Shown here: positions 1-14,738 of the stretch, piece after piece | How the letters are laid out: each line of letters begins with the position of its first letter | How positions within the stretch are numbered: the stretch's first letter is position 1 | Origin: Mizuhopecten yessoensis | Lineage: Eukaryota | Assembly: GCF_002113885.1 (NCBI RefSeq) | Contig: NW_018408465.1 | Location: forward strand, 3,309,898-3,373,897 | Length of the DNA: 64,000 nucleotides | Reading direction: 5' to 3' | The notes under the pieces: generated by a model | Databases searched by the model: none | What the model was told of the DNA's origin: nothing | The model's input: the letters and a program-made list of their open reading frames with translations, nothing else | Translations under genes and position numbers: made by a program

Positions 1-260
1 TGTTGTTGTCTTTCCCTTTGTTTTGGCATGCCCTCTGTTCCTGTTGTTGTCTTTCCTTTTGTTTTGGCATGCCCTCTGTTCCTGTTGTTGTCTTTCCTTT
101 TGTTTTGGCATGCCCTCTGTTCCTGTTGTTGTCGTTCCTTTTGTTTTGTTTTCCCTTCTGTTCCTGTTGTTTTCTTTCCCTTTGTTTTGGTGTCTCATCG
201 TTTTTTTTACTTTGGTTTCTCTCTGTTCATGTTGTTGTCTTTCCTTTTGTTTTGTTGTCT
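1..260. repeat. 41-bp tandem repeat (tgttgttgtctttccttttgttttggcatgccctctgttcc), about 6 copies, degrading rightwards and cut by the window edge
   Basis: The unit recurs at 1, 42, 83 and onward. It explains the Phe/Cys/Val-rich ORFs 3..449, 23..265 and 28..291. Confidence 0.9.
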
Positions 261-1732
261 TCTGAGTGTCTGGTGTTATGGACTGTTCTGATCCTGTCCT
301 TATCTGTTGACACTACTGGGTTCTGTATGAATTGTATTGTATACATTGATGTCAGGGACACTATTGTCCATACATTCTTCAATTGCTTTAGCATAATTAG
401 CCAAGGAATGTGGCGGCTCCACACGACTTTTCACTATTCAATCATGTGATGACTAGCACTCGGCTGAGATAAAAACTGCTGAAAAATAAACGATAGTTCC
501 ATACGAATGTCATAAAAATTTCTATATCTCTGGTCCTATTTCAGTTTCATGAAAACAGACGATGTCTATTTAGTATTTATGAATATTTGCTGTTTTATTC
601 AACACGTTTTCCTACGTTGGATCAACTTCAAATATTGACAAAATGAAGCACAATAAAAACATATTCCAGTTTGTTTGTCATTTTTCTAGTCCGGGGATTT
701 TGTTTTGGATAATAATGCTATAAGGTTACGTAAACAACGCAGGTACCGCGCTGTGGTAACGCAGGTACCGCTGTGGTAAGTCTGTTCAGGTAAGTCATAA
801 ATAGGACTAAAAATAACTATTTATAACTTGAGCCAAGTCGGTACATGTGTTAGAACAATTAAATACCTATACAAGTAGACAAGAGGGGAAACTAAGCTTG
901 ACAGAATTACGCATGATTACATTATAATAATGGCGGATACATTGCCGGTCGACATGGTCTGAGACTATTAGCGGTCAACAAGGTACGAGAACAAAGCTTA
1001 TCTGTGTGGATTATTAACATACCTGCCTTAATGTTCTTATGTGTAATTCTCAGTACTTAATGATGCAATCATTTACCTATGTCTGTCATTGTTTTGAAAA
1101 TATCAACACAGAAAAAGAAACAAAATTATTTTAGGTGCGTACTTGAACTGTATTGAACGAGTCTCTTTAAAATCATATGCTAAAAAAACACTAACATCAG
1201 CTCTTTAATACTGTGTTAGCTATAACAGGTAGCATACCTTTACCTGCCAGAGAAACAGATGACTGTATCGTATTTTAACATATTATATTATTTGATCTTT
1301 GTTAACTATTTAAGCTTTTTCATTTCCTAATCACAGTCGCTCGCAAAGTTTAGTCAGGCTTAATGGTAACTAGTAAATTATATATAGTATATATAAATAT
1401 ACTTAGTATATATCGACCACACGTTTTAAAGTCATTATGCTATTATTTTAAGGTGAAATCGTCAAATAGAGTTTTCCTGTTTTTGATGATGTGTTTACAC
1501 ACCTTTTTACAGTTTTTCACAGTTGAAATGATAAATATAGTTTTTACAGCAAAATGTTATTCTGAATCGAAACTTATACTGATAAATGTACATGTCGTCC
1601 ATCTGAACCCATGGATTGAGTCTACTGTCAGAAAAACATATTTAGTTTTTAATTTTATTTATGATTTCCATTAAGTGTATGTGTACAAACATAAAATGAC
1701 GTTAAACATTTCTTTTACAATCATACCATCAT

Positions 1733-2449
1733 TTTTAGGTCACCTGAGCTTTAGCTCAAGTGACCTATTGCTATCCGTTTTCGTCCGTCGTCGTCCGTCG
1801 TCCGTTAACATTTTACATTTCAAACTTAAAGTCAAGTTCTGCTGGGCCGATTGAACTGAAAGTTGGTAGGAATGATCGCCTCATGGTCCTGACAAAGTGT
1901 TGTTATTTTTCGGGTCGATCAGAAATCCAATATGGCCGCCACGGCCGCCATTTTGAAAACCTATTTCAAACTTAAAGTCAAGTTCTGCTGGACCGATTGA
2001 ACTGAAAGTTGGTAGGAATGATCGCCTCATGGTCCTGACAAAGTGTTGTTATTTTTCGGGTCGATCAGAAATCCAATATGGCCGCCACGGCCGCCATTTT
2101 GAAAACCTATTTCAAACTTAAAGTCAAGTTCTGCTGGTCAGATTGAACTGAAAGCTGGTAGGAATGATCGACTCATGGTCCTGACAAAGTGTCGTTATTT
2201 TTCAGGTCGATCAGAAATCCAATATGGCCACCATGGCCCTATTTTGTAAATACCTATTTCAAACTTAAAAACAAGTTCTAATAGGCCCATCTCACTTAAA
2301 ATTGGTCTAGGAATGATCAGCTCATGGTCCTGACAAAGTTAAGTTAACATTATACTTAACTATTTTTTACTCAAATTGGTACATATTTCAACAACAAAAA
2401 TAAATACCGTAGGACTCAGGTGACCGTTAAGGCCCATAGGCCTCTTGTT
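1733..2449 (+). mobile_element. Non-autonomous Helentron-associated element (HINE / DINE-1 / pearl-like)
   Basis: Starts ttttaggtcacctgag with its short inverted partner, then a (gtcc/gtc)n microsatellite, 3.5 internal 146-bp core repeats (1821, 1967, 2113, 2260), the subterminal inverted repeat ctcaggtgacc and the 3' palindrome aggcccataggcct-cttgtt. Confidence 0.85.
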
Positions 2450-2539
2450 ATTTAGAATTTTTCTATCACAGCAACATCTTATTACCATATTTACACTATA
2501 TCGCAATAGTTGAATTATATCAGCACAGTAACATGCTTT

Positions 2540-3905
2540 TACCATAGTTACACTTTATTATCACAATTACCATAGTTACACTTTATTATCACAATTACCA
2601 TAGTTGCACTTTATTATCACAATTACCATGGTTACACTTTATTATCACCATAGTTACATTTTGTCAACATAGTTACAGTATAAACCACAATTACACTTTA
2701 TCAGCATAGTTACACTATATTATCACAATTACCATAGTTACACTTTATTATCACAATTACCATAGTTACACTTTATTAACACCATAGTTACATTTTGTCA
2801 ACGTAGTTACATTATATAACCATTGTTACACTTTATCAGCATTGTTACACTATAGCATCACAATTACCATAGTTACATTACATCACCTTAGTTACACCAT
2901 ATTATAATAGTTACATTATATCACCACAGTTACAATCCATTGTCATTATGCCATTATAGATCCAAAGTAACATTTTGTCAGCATATTTACAGTATATCAA
3001 CACAATTATTTTACATAAGCACAGTTATGGTATATCAGCAGCACACTTATATTACATCAGCAAGGTTATATTACATCAGCACAGTTATAGTACATCAGCA
3101 CATTTATATTACATCAGCACAGTTATATTACATCAGCACGGTTATATTACATCAACACAGTTATAGTATATCAGCACAGTTATAGTACATCAGCACAGTT
3201 ATATTACATCAGCACGGTTATATTACATCAACACAGTTATAGTATATCAGCACAGTTACAGTACATCAGCACAGTTATATTCCATCAGCACGGTTATATT
3301 ACATCAGCACAGTTATATTACATCAGCCCGGTTATATTACATCAGCACAGTTATAGTATATCAGCACAGTTATAGTATATCAGCACGGTTATAGTACATC
3401 AGCACAGTTATATTACATCAGCACAGTTATAGTATATCAGCACAGTTATATTACATCAGCACGGTTATATTACATCAGAACAGTTATAGTATATCAGCAC
3501 GGCTATAGTATATCAGCACAGTTATAGTATATAAGCACAGTTATATTACATCAGTACGGTTATATTACATCAGCACGGATATATTACATCAGCACAGTTA
3601 TAATACATCAGCACAGTTATAGTATATCAGCAAAGTTATATTACATCAGCACAGTTATAGTACATCAGCACAGTTATAGTACATCAGCACAGTTATAGTA
3701 TATCAGCACGGTTATAGTATATCAGCACAGTTATATTACATCAGCACACTTATATTACATCAGCAAGGTTATATTACATCAGCACAGTTATAGTACATCA
3801 GCACAGTTATATTACATCAGCACAGTTATATTACATCAGCACGGTTATATTACATCAGCACAGTTATATTACATCAGCTTAGTTACACTATATCACCACA
3901 GTTAC
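2540..3905. repeat. Composite minisatellite: ~28-bp unit (accatagttacactttattatcacaatt) grading into a 19-bp unit (cagcacagttatattacat), the latter ~45 copies
   Basis: Periodicity is visible directly. ORFs 2940..3185 and 2975..3166 are translations of the repeat. Confidence 0.92.
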
Positions 3906-4660
3906 ACACACAAATATCTTCGATTTCACGACTGTTTTATATATTGGCACGCAAAGCTTATATTTCAAATTCTGATGAAAGATTATTTTTTCTCGTTAAG
4001 GTATTAACTTCACAAGAGTCTCACAGTCATTGTGTTCAAGCAGAGGTCTGTTGTTCAAGTCAACATTTATTTTGTAGACATAGTGGCCAACGTTTATTCA
4101 TTAAACAATCTATCAACACAGTAGACAAACACTGGAGAGGTGTAGTGTTGTTAGTCCTTTACAGATGAATGTCAAGGTCACTTTCATTCATGATCTTGAC
4201 AGGAAGCCATTTAATGAATTTTTTTCCCAAAAATTAATTTAATCTCGTTGAACACGAGGTGTCATAAAAGGTAGGAAAGGTAAACTATAAACACGTAATG
4301 AATGGAAACGCTATTTGATCGAGTTTTTCACTCTGAGTGGGTAGATTTAATTTGTGCATCTCAATCTACCCTCGAATACCTGTCGACTTGTGAGCGCTCT
4401 ATTTGTAAGGTTTCTGTTTATGTTATATAAAATGTTAAAAGGGATAATTTATTTAGAAATTGCAAACCCAGCGGGAGAGATTAAAGGGACTAGACTATTT
4501 AATCCTATATATCGAATATTAATGTGCAGATTTGGATTCATAAATAAATATATCTAAAAATTCTGTCGAGCAAACTCTCGTGAGGGAAATATAGAAATAG
4601 GAAAATTCAGTATGTGAAAGAAGGTCAACAAAATGAGGTATTCATCACGCTCTGTCATAA

Positions 4661-5175
4661 TAATAAACACACATGAGAGAAAATAATCAATCTCTCCTGT
4701 GTGATGTAGACAGAAAAATATCAACCCATGGGGTAAGACTTTTTAAGCTTAGCACACGACAGGCGTGAAAGATTATATTATTCTTAAATATAACAATTAA
4801 CTGGATAAATGCGCTCTGCCCTTAAAATATAAGTTTTAGTGTAAGAGTAAAGAAAGGGTTTATAAGATACAAAATAACCTGTGGATAATCTATTGCTCTA
4901 GATTAGGAAATCAAATATTGGAACTAAGACAAATTTATCAAACTTTCAAATCCACCTTCTTTTTTGTCAAGATCAGAGCAAAATACATTTAGACACTAAC
5001 AATCATGACAATAATAAACACACATGAGAGAAAATAATCGATCTCTCCTGTGTGATGTAGAGAGAAAAATATCAACCCATGGGGTAAGATTTTTTAAGCT
5101 TAGCACACGACAGGCGTGAAAGATTATATTAGTCTTAAATATAACAATTAACTGGATAAATGCGCTCTGTCCTTA
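4661..5175. repeat. Direct duplication of ~165 bp (4661-4824 and 5012-5175)
   Basis: taataaacacacatgagagaaaataatc...ggataaatgcgctctg occurs twice, 351 bp apart, with few mismatches. Confidence 0.9.
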
Positions 5176-8100
5176 GAAATGAAGACCAATTTCTTGACCT
5201 TTTTTCAAATAATCTCTATTTACAGTGTATGGCATTTGACTGAATATATATGTCCTGTTCTATTTCTGTACATCCTGTTCTGATACTGTACAAAAGGCCA
5301 ACGATGTATATACTCTCAGGTGAGTTGTATGCTGCTTTATTGTACATCAGAGGTCTGGTAAAGAAAAAAAAATTGAGCTTGCATAACTGAAAACAGAATT
5401 TCATTATTCACTACATTGCTCCGAACAATTTGCGTTTCAAAGACTGTTTTATTTTTAGATTATTATTAAAAGGTATTTATCACTCGGCGTTCAATGTTTG
5501 TCCCACTATAATACTTCCAGTACAATGCACGTCAAATCTACACACTTTGCTGGTGAATTAGAATCACTATACAACAGGACATTGGTAGGTATGTACATAA
5601 AACTTAAGTATAATGTTAATAAAGTCGAACCGTCGGTGACGTAAACATATTGGACTCAAACTTTTGTTAGTGGAAAGTGAAATAAAATCCTATCCATTAT
5701 GTGTTTATTTGAATATGCTTAGAGTTCCTTTAAAGGACAAACATACTGGGTTTTTAACAGAAATGAATAAAAACCACTTGTATTTCAATAAATATGTAAT
5801 TATGCACATATTTAAATGTTGAGAACAAACTTCAAAAACATGTAAATACACGTGCATATATCCATAAACTTACATTTTAAATCTAAATGCCAGGTACATG
5901 TTGTTATACCAGTAATATTACATGATGTCGTGTTGGCTTACTAGTAATATAAATATAACTTATTTATCGTCCTCTTGTGGATAGCCACGCCTGCAATGTT
6001 CGGTGGTCATAACAATTTTATGCACAAATGACATAACCGAAGGAAAACGAAAAGGGAAGCAACCTCTGTTAATATCTCTACCGACAGAATTTAGAAAAGC
6101 AACCGGTTGACAATTGTAAACAATGAACTATGACCATAGTCATGACAGAGTGTCATACATAACATGTTCGATATTAGCCTCAGAAGATTATATTTTTTTT
6201 GCAGAACTTTAAAAACCAGGTAATTAAAATATACCAGTAGACACTTTTCGTGTGGTTTGAATAATCGTGTGTGGCTCTTAAACTAATGGAATATAGCATT
6301 GATTTATCGCTATGATCTACACATGACGTGTATGTGTGAATTGCTGATACTATGGTGTATTGTGAAATAAAAAAATTGTAATTAGTGAAGAAAAAAACCC
6401 CTTAAACTCAACAAAATCAGGTCATATACTTCTTTATCGGCAAAATCTAGCTTAAACTGGCGACGGAAAATATATTAACGACACAGAACTCTTTTTAAAC
6501 GAATGATTACTCCATCCGAATTCAATTTCGATATGTATAATTTGCATGTTTTTTTAATTTTACATTGTATATGAAATGTTTCCTTTCGAAATATAAACTG
6601 CTTTCCACAGAGAAGACTACATGCCGCGCTGCTTCACTAGAAGCTATTTGCCCAGACAGGTCTTTGAATTCACGTTTTATTCGTATATAAAATGATGGTA
6701 TATAGAGTATTTGAGCAATATCATAATAAAACAGTGTGTTCAAATATCAAAAATCTCTCTCTAAAGGGAACACACGGCATCTTTCAGCACTCTCCAAAAA
6801 CGTATGATATGTACTATACGTATACGGATCTGTCAGCATGACCGGTTCACTGTGTTAGACACGTCCTAGCTCTTAAAAACGAACTCTTCAGAATGTTTGA
6901 ACGGGTAGAAAACAACGTTATACGCTTCACTGAACTTGATCAAAAATGCCGATCGTGGTGACTACCCAACTCGATTCATACGAAATATCACCAAACGGTT
7001 TTATTAAACGACGGATTAAAAGTATGCTATAAATTTAGGGTTTAAATATTACTTAATTAACAGTGAAAATCCATTTCATTCTCGACTGGATTTGAATTCA
7101 GAAGTCTTTAAAGGTATAAATTTATTAGACCGACGTTCCGCCTTCATACCGTGCCAGTGTTGACATAGCACACACTTTTACTTTGGTAGTGCATATCCAA
7201 CTGAATTCGTCTCGGGAAGCTAGTGTTACAAAGGTCTTACTGTCACCTGATGGTGGGATACATATTTAGAACCAAGTAAAATAATGTTTAGAAACTACCG
7301 ACTTCATTGAGGTATTATTATGTAAGCATTTCATGTACTATGATTCAGAACAAAGGCAGGGTCGTTTTAACATCATTCCGGGTTAAAAAAGCGTTTCCAT
7401 GTGTCACATTTGATACATTGGTCTATCAATGTGTCGAAAGTTAACGAAATGTGAGACTAGGAGCGGTTTATGTAAAGAGTGCACGTCGGTTTTCGGCCTA
7501 TACATCGATAGAACAATTAATTATCTTATCCTATCCGTTTAATATAATTCTTAATTTAGAAAGGAAACATTTTATTACCAAAAAATGTGTCATTTTCATT
7601 CACAACAAAATTAATTGTTTTTATGAATGGCGCAATGATTTTTGGTTGATCAATCACATGCTGTGTTTTAAATCACCTGCGCACGTGCTATGACGTGCCA
7701 ATCTAGTTTATGTGCATGTACTCTCAAGTAATGACGCTAATTAGGCCATGTGTAGATCTTCGCTAGTCTACAGGAATAATTCAATGTCATCTGTTCTAAA
7801 ATAGAGTATAATGCTTGAATTTCCAATTTCAAAACGTGATTGCAGACGATTATTCGTGTGTTTCAGATGACTACTTTTTGGGGAAAATGTAGTACATGTA
7901 CTTTATATATGACGTCATCAAAATATGTTCTCACTTTTTCGGTCTATCACTTGATAGACTGTACACACAATCTAATTAAAAAGCGTATCACAAACAATAC
8001 CGGTATTAAATAATTACCCGATATACTTACTTCCCTGATGCTATTTCAGCTGTATTCTGTTTCTTTGTTGCGTTTGTCGTCATATTATGTACTTTACTAA

Positions 8101-9289
8101 TTATCTAAATTGATCGCGAGGCAGCGATGCTATGACGTCTTGAAGCACATCAGTATGTGGAATAAAATAATTGTGTTTTGTACATAATGTATTGCTACAT
8201 CATAGGTAACGTTAGAATGCTTATACTGACATGGAAATATTGTTTCAAGAGGACGAAATATAGGTTAAATCACGTTAACCGTATTACACAATTAGGTGAA
8301 TAAGTATATAATTATGGCATCAATTGGCAGTATTATGTACTGAACTTCAAGTCAAATTCCAATAAAGAATTGTGGTATCACTATCGTCTCTCCGCTTTTT
8401 CTGCAACTCTGTGTTTCTACGCAAATCGATCTTGCTAATGCTACTAATGAGCATCGGATCTCAAGATATTTCACTGCCGTCTAAAATAGTCCATGTTTCT
8501 GAACCGTAGCTTCTATACCAAAGATAGATGCTTCAACAAGATTCTCGAATCTACCTTCGGTATATTGAACAGCTGACATCCTTCCTGGCACAATTTGGTT
8601 GTTAAACGAATTACCTAATTGTTTCCCCTCATTCCGACATAGATCTACCACCGAAATAGATGGTGACGGATAGAGCTATCTCCCCTATGATCAGATGACC
8701 ATATTAATTTTAGTGTATGGCCTTGGGTTTGGGTAGCTTCTGTCACATGCAGAAGTCGAGTGGCTTGGGAAACTAAAGAACATCAATATTTGATAGATCG
8801 TGTATGGCATTGAAGTCAGCACGACAACTTAGTAGTCAGAAGAGGTTAACAACCCGTCGGAACACGGTGTTTCGGAAGCTGTTCTGCTTAGATGGCGGAG
8901 GCCTATACAACTGTATTTATTGTAAGACAATCTAAATTGTATATCGTCAGCGCTGACATAGATATTCAGCTCGAATTATGTACAGACATCATATACGATT
9001 TAAATATGTAAATACACTATTAATTTGTTTCGCACTTAAACAATTCTTAAACAAGACAGTCATATCTAGCTCGCTACCACATCTACATCGTAGTACTCGA
9101 TCATCAACGTGTTTATCTCACCAAAAACAAACACGGGACCCAAATTAAACACACGAGCTACCGAATTTATTGACATGATATTTTTGTCTGAGTTCAAAAA
9201 CCCCACCAGGGATGTTGGACGCCAAACATTTTTTTTTAATTTATTCAATTTACTGCAATTATGAAGCAAATGTTTCAAACTTCTATAAA

Positions 9290-9361
9290 TCACCCTCGTA
9301 TGCTCTGATGGAAGGTCGCTGAGGGTCTTAATGTGGGAGGAAACCAGAGTACCCACGGGGT
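9290..9361 (-). mobile_element. V-domain SINE fragment
   Basis: gtgggaggaaaccagagtaccc is the reverse complement of the V-SINE core motif seen intact at 50980-51012. Confidence 0.55.
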
Positions 9362-11740
9362 CGTGTAAGCTGTAAAAGTTTAGAGATAAAAAATTCAAAT
9401 GCATAACAAATCAACTTAAAGAAGGCAGTGATTAGTTTTAATGACCTGTCCTCATCTGGTGTAGCATTTAATGGTTTTATTGCCATTATCTGCAATACCC
9501 TTTTCCAAAACGATAATCATGTTTGCTTTTAGTTTTGCCTTATTTTCATTTCATTCATAAACAGCGCGTGATAGACATTATTTTAATTTGTGACAACCGA
9601 GATAAAATATCGCGAGGAGGACTCGGAAATCTTATTAATATGTGGCTTTGCAAAACCGCCACCGAACACAGGGGAATCGGTAGGCGGGGTTGAACACACT
9701 AATGGTGAGGTAGGTTATATATGATATATTATTATATATAATGGAACCATACAGCGATGGATTATCCCTCCCTTATGTACATACCATAATTACATATCGC
9801 TCCTCAGCGATTTAATTGCTTTTCGATTAGTATATCTGGATTTCTACTTTACCGGACTGTATTCATGAGTTAACACAAACACGGGTAATAGAAGAATGGT
9901 AACCAATAACAAACAGCACAAGTGACGAATTCAATAGAACCATTGTAGTAGTTAGTCCACTGGTATAATAGATATATGTTGTATTTGTGAAACGTCATCC
10001 GGACACCTTTGTATATTATTGTTTGTACTACACATACAGTTCCATACAGCTTTGAATTAAACACAGATTACCATTATTTACCTGTGACATTTGGGGACAT
10101 TATATTTGATGACATATCTAAGAAATTACTTTTCTCTATTTTACTATCGTCGATTTCAACAGCTGTCTGTTTTGATATTATTAAGGATTATAGAAAGCTG
10201 TTCAACCATCAAGCGATAATGGCCTTACGTCGTTAAAACACGTGAGTAGTAGTCTACCCAAACAAAAAACCACGGGATCACGAATTTCCATCCCGCATTA
10301 TACCTTCGTATGCTATTTAAAGTTTAAAAAGCAAAATTGAAAGGTTTGACCTCCGTGTTAAGGTGTTAGCCGTGTGATCGTACGTAATGAATGCTGGTGA
10401 ATACACAGAAACAACACTTGTATGGTCCCTTGAAAACCTATTTCGTTATCAACAGATACCACCGCGTGTCACACGAAACCTATATACGTATCTCCTCCAA
10501 ATCAGCCCGGGTAATTCCACTTGAACTTTCCTCGACCAGGATTAAACCAACGAACGTTTGGATAAAAGTATTCCCCGTCAAGTACATATGTACATTCTCA
10601 TTGAGTTTAAACGACGGAATGTACTTAGAGTTAAATATTGACATATATGATTTCCCGGACGATTCTCACTTTCTATACCTTGGAGAGCACGTTATGACGT
10701 TGTAAGAAAGCATTGTACATAGGGACCCTGGTCTGTCTGCCTGTGTTGATAACAACGGTCCTACTGTTCACACCGGGATACTGCTGGAACCCGTCTCTTC
10801 CACCAGGGGCGCTCACCTCTCACTTTCTTCGGGCGGAAGGTTGTTAATCCAATAGTTCACGTTATAGCTTTAAGTGCGAACACATTCTGTAGGTTTTATG
10901 GTGGTTTTTGTCGCCGGGGTTGTGGAGTAATTGAAAAACGGCATTGACGCGTCAGTTTGGGAAAAGTGCTTGTGTTTGACGTGTGGATTCAGGAAACTGC
11001 TCACCTTCTCAGTGTTTCAGTTTGGCGATGTTAATATTGTTAAGGTTTCTCTGCTTCAAGTTTGACAAGTTTCATCTTCTTCTGCTGCAAAGTAACGATG
11101 ACAACCGTCTGCCGAAGAAATGCCTGTTCGTAAAGATTCTCCATTGAAATAAATCTCCAGACAGAAAACGACCCTCGTCAACAACTTCACCGCCGATAAA
11201 ATGGTTTACTAGGATGTTTTAGAATAAAATTGTTCCTCTGGAAATAACATATCAAGCAGAAGGAAACTATTTCATTTACAATTCTTGGATTAAAAGAAAC
11301 GATGCAAACAAATGCCATTTTATGTATTTACATGTCTTGCATAAAAATAACCGAGCGTACAAATATAATTTCAAATATTTTCATTTGAAATCGAACACTG
11401 TCAATCAGACTATTGTGATAAAGCATATGGAAGTTTTTTGCAATCCTCGTCGAAAACGGGGACACGTTATTCGGTAATAAATAAAATATTTGGGATCGAT
11501 GATTGGAATACACAACACCGGTGCTTTATAACACATTGCACCAATACATGAAAGACTCTGTATCAATAACGGTGGGAACACAATTCTAGCTGCTGTAATT
11601 TCAACGTGAGAACAGATAGTGATAACTGTACGTAGAGGTTTGTTCGGACTATTAAATGAGGTCTTATTGCGGTGGACAGTTATTTGTCTGACGATGCCAG
11701 AATGACCCTATCAGTCTAACACTAATCACTCGGGACAACA

Positions 11741-11893
11741 ATGCCCGCTTTGGTGCTCGGCATCATGAGAGAGGACAGACGCAAGCATCCCTATCCTCGC
11801 TACCTTAGAAAACGAAACAACCCCTCCCGTCTGGAAAAAATCCCTGGAGTCGACTTGTCGGAAACCAACGCCCGGGTGTTACACTTAATACAA
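11741..11893 (+). CDS. Candidate alternative first coding exon A of the NWD gene (MPALVLGIMREDRRKHPYPRYLRKRNNPSRLEKIPGVDLSETNARVLHLIQ)
   Basis: ATG-initiated, GC-richer than the flanks, ends CAA|gtaagt in phase 0, which is compatible with the phase-0 acceptor at 33047. No homology support. Confidence 0.45.
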
Positions 11894-13709
11894 GTAAGTA
11901 CTGAGGAGAGGATGGCGTGTTAGTCCGCCACCAGGACAACCGGACTATGTGGTATTAGGGGTATGACCTGTTGACAGGTACACATCCGTCTTCATTGATT
12001 TTACGTATTCTGAAGATGTTTGTACCCAAACGATAAGAGTAGGATTAAAAAGTCGTCTACCATAGTAGTAAAATCACAATAGTCTTTTTTATTATATGTG
12101 TTGCTAAGGAGGCTGCTACAAATAACAGGTTTTAAAATGTTGATATCTATATTAAGAGGGTATTCTAAATTGCATTTAATATATTTTCATTGAAATAAAA
12201 TGTAATTCATGTACTTCTGGCATTTTGATTAGATTATAAGGCACTCGTGACATATGGTGTTTTACTCTCAACCTTTAATGATATACCAACCGTGTTGCAT
12301 CATAATACTACTGTAACTAGTCTCTCTCTGTCAACATGGCAATAACACTTCGCGATTTTACGATTGAGAAAAAAATATGCAGTTATTGACAATGTATTCT
12401 CTGGAGTGAATGTGGAAATAACAAGCTCATTTGATAAAAAGTCATTAGTATGTACATTTATATGCAGCCCTGTATGTAGCTGTATGGTTTGTGTATGACC
12501 ATCCATGTTACTGAATAATCTGTATGCGGCCCTCTATATAGCTTATATAAAATCTTTGTATCTATATAGGACTATCCATGTGACTATTGTCTGAATGACT
12601 TGTCTTGACAGTGACGAGTTTAAAGTTACGTCACAGTCAGTCATACTTCCAGCACTTTACAGTAGATATCATGACCGTTACCACATGTGGTGCCGGACGC
12701 GTTTAACCTTGGTCCTTTATATAGAATATAAGTTTCGCTGTCGTCCTATAAATGACAAACAAACTATAGAAAATAAATGAGTAATTCGTGACGAGGCCGT
12801 TTTAGTTAGGTAATAGTCGCCTGACAGGTTATATGAACACTTTCACAAAAATAACTTTCCTTAATGTCAAACCGTTAGCTACCACTTAGATTGTAAGAAG
12901 TGATAGGTTGAATTCTGAAGATGTTTTGTACAAGTGAAAATGTTGTCGATAAAAATCCTAAAACGAGGCATAGGGTAAAATTCTATTAGCGGTATGACAG
13001 ATTTTTGATAGCCATTCTGAGCCTGATGTTTCACAGCAGATATTGGCAATTTATTTTACATCTGTCATCTGCTAATGTATTCACCTGTCAGACATTTACA
13101 TGTCTAAACATATGGGGTCACAATTGCCAAGCAACTTATAAAGGTTAACTTGAATTGGCGACGTTCCTCATTTTCGTTATGTCAAGAATGACAGGCGACG
13201 TTCAAACCTACCATTTTGTATGGCATTCTTGACCATTAAAGAATAATTGAAAGTAATACGGTTTCTTCTTCTTGCTTCTGAATGGAGTGGGTACAAAACA
13301 TGTAAGATAACCTGATACAAAAGAACGCTACACAATTTGCTGCAAATGTGTGTACACAATTTGTAGAAAATGTTGATACAAATTGTGCTACGATATTGAA
13401 TTACAATAATGTAGGAAACTCGCTATTCTTAATTTATTTTTGAGATTAAAGTATTGTGAAGACTAAAATGGATAACTTGTGATGTAATTAGCGTACAACA
13501 CATTCTGGTAAATTGTGATATAACTGGGGATCAACACATTCCGGTATCTAGTAAGGAAATCGACAGGTCCACCGCTATAACAAACTATATTTCGGCCTAG
13601 TACTCCTCATAATGAACTTTTATGGTAAAGGGACACCGTATTACTTCGGTCGTTAAACCTATCTCGTTACGATACTGTGTTTACGAGACGTATTGACAGA
13701 TCTAAGACC

Positions 13710-13792
13710 GAGGTGGACTTATTGTATGTATACGATGATTGACTTGGGAGGGTGGACTTAATTGTATGTATACGATGATTGACTTTGGAGAG
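13710..13792. repeat. ~40-bp tandem duplication (gaggtggacttattgtatgtatacgatgattgacttgg)x2
   Basis: Seen directly. Confidence 0.8.
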
Positions 13793-14267
13793 AACTCTCA
13801 TATTTCGGGTTGTCCTACGTTAAAGGTCGTACTATTGTCACTGGAAATAAACTATAAATTTGTCTTATAATAAAAGGACAATGTGTTTAAAGGGAAGGTA
13901 CTCAGGTTGGCAACCCTTGTGGTGTGAACATATAGCGGTTAGGTTTACATGTACTTTTTTTTTCCTGTACTTAAACAATGAACTTCGTTGGCGAATACAG
14001 AAAAATGCTTGAAAAGTGTTCAGACAACAATAACGTCAGCCCTATATCAACAACGTATTGGAACAGAAATCAATCCCTGGTACAGGAATTGAGACTAAAT
14101 GCTTCTGATTTTACCCTGCAGGTAGGGCGTAAGAATTGTACCTGCTGCCCCCAATTGCATGATCGTAAGAGGCGACTAAATTTGGGACCTTATCTCTTCT
14201 CTCCTTTCTAAATAACTTTCTTCTTCCTAATGTCTCCCTTGACAATGCCTCACTTTTGGCCATTTGT

Positions 14268-14365
14268 TGAGCGTTCGCCCCTGTGAGGAAGGCTTTGGGT
14301 TCTGTCCCCTGGCCGAGACATACCAAAGTCTTTAAAAATGGTAGTTTATACTCCTGCTTAACGCA
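14268..14365 (+). mobile_element. tRNA-derived SINE fragment (Meta/MESC-like)
   Basis: gagcgttcgcc...gggttctgtcccctggcc is a degenerate B box, followed by gacataccaaagtctttaaaaatggtag...ctcctgctt, which resembles the mollusc Meta/MESC SINE body. Confidence 0.55.
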
Positions 14366-14504
14366 ATTATTATGATGGGCATACTAACTTTATATAAATA
14401 ATAATAATTAATAATAAATCGAGGTTCTTGCATACTGTTTTATCACAACCTAGTTTGTAGGTCGTGTCAAAGCGGTTCAAAAAAAGTATTATCCGTGGTT
14501 AAAG

Positions 14505-14738
14505 GGCCTTTGCAACCAGTCAATATCTTTCTCAATTCCATGGGGAGCATACAGCCGGTGATGCCATTTCAGCGCTCACAGCTAGCATTCAACAACGTAC
14601 TCATTTACAGCTGAGTAGACTGGAACATGCAGAGTAAGGTTCTTGCTCAAAGATAAAACACAGTGCCATGACGTGACTCGAATCCGCAACCCTTCAGTCA
14701 CGAGCCCGGTGTCCTTCTCCTAGACTACCGTGCCTCCT
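14505..14738 (-). mobile_element. CORE-type tRNA-derived SINE
   Basis: The minus strand has a tRNA-like head (ggtagtctagg A box, ggattcgagtc B box) followed by the CORE-like ctttgagcaagaaccttactct...cagctgtaaatgagtac. Confidence 0.7.

Noticed and set aside
3-449. Hydrophobic Cys/Phe-rich ORFs and minus ORF 227..424
   Set aside because: They derive from the 41-bp repeat or have no recognisable homology or consistent splice frame.
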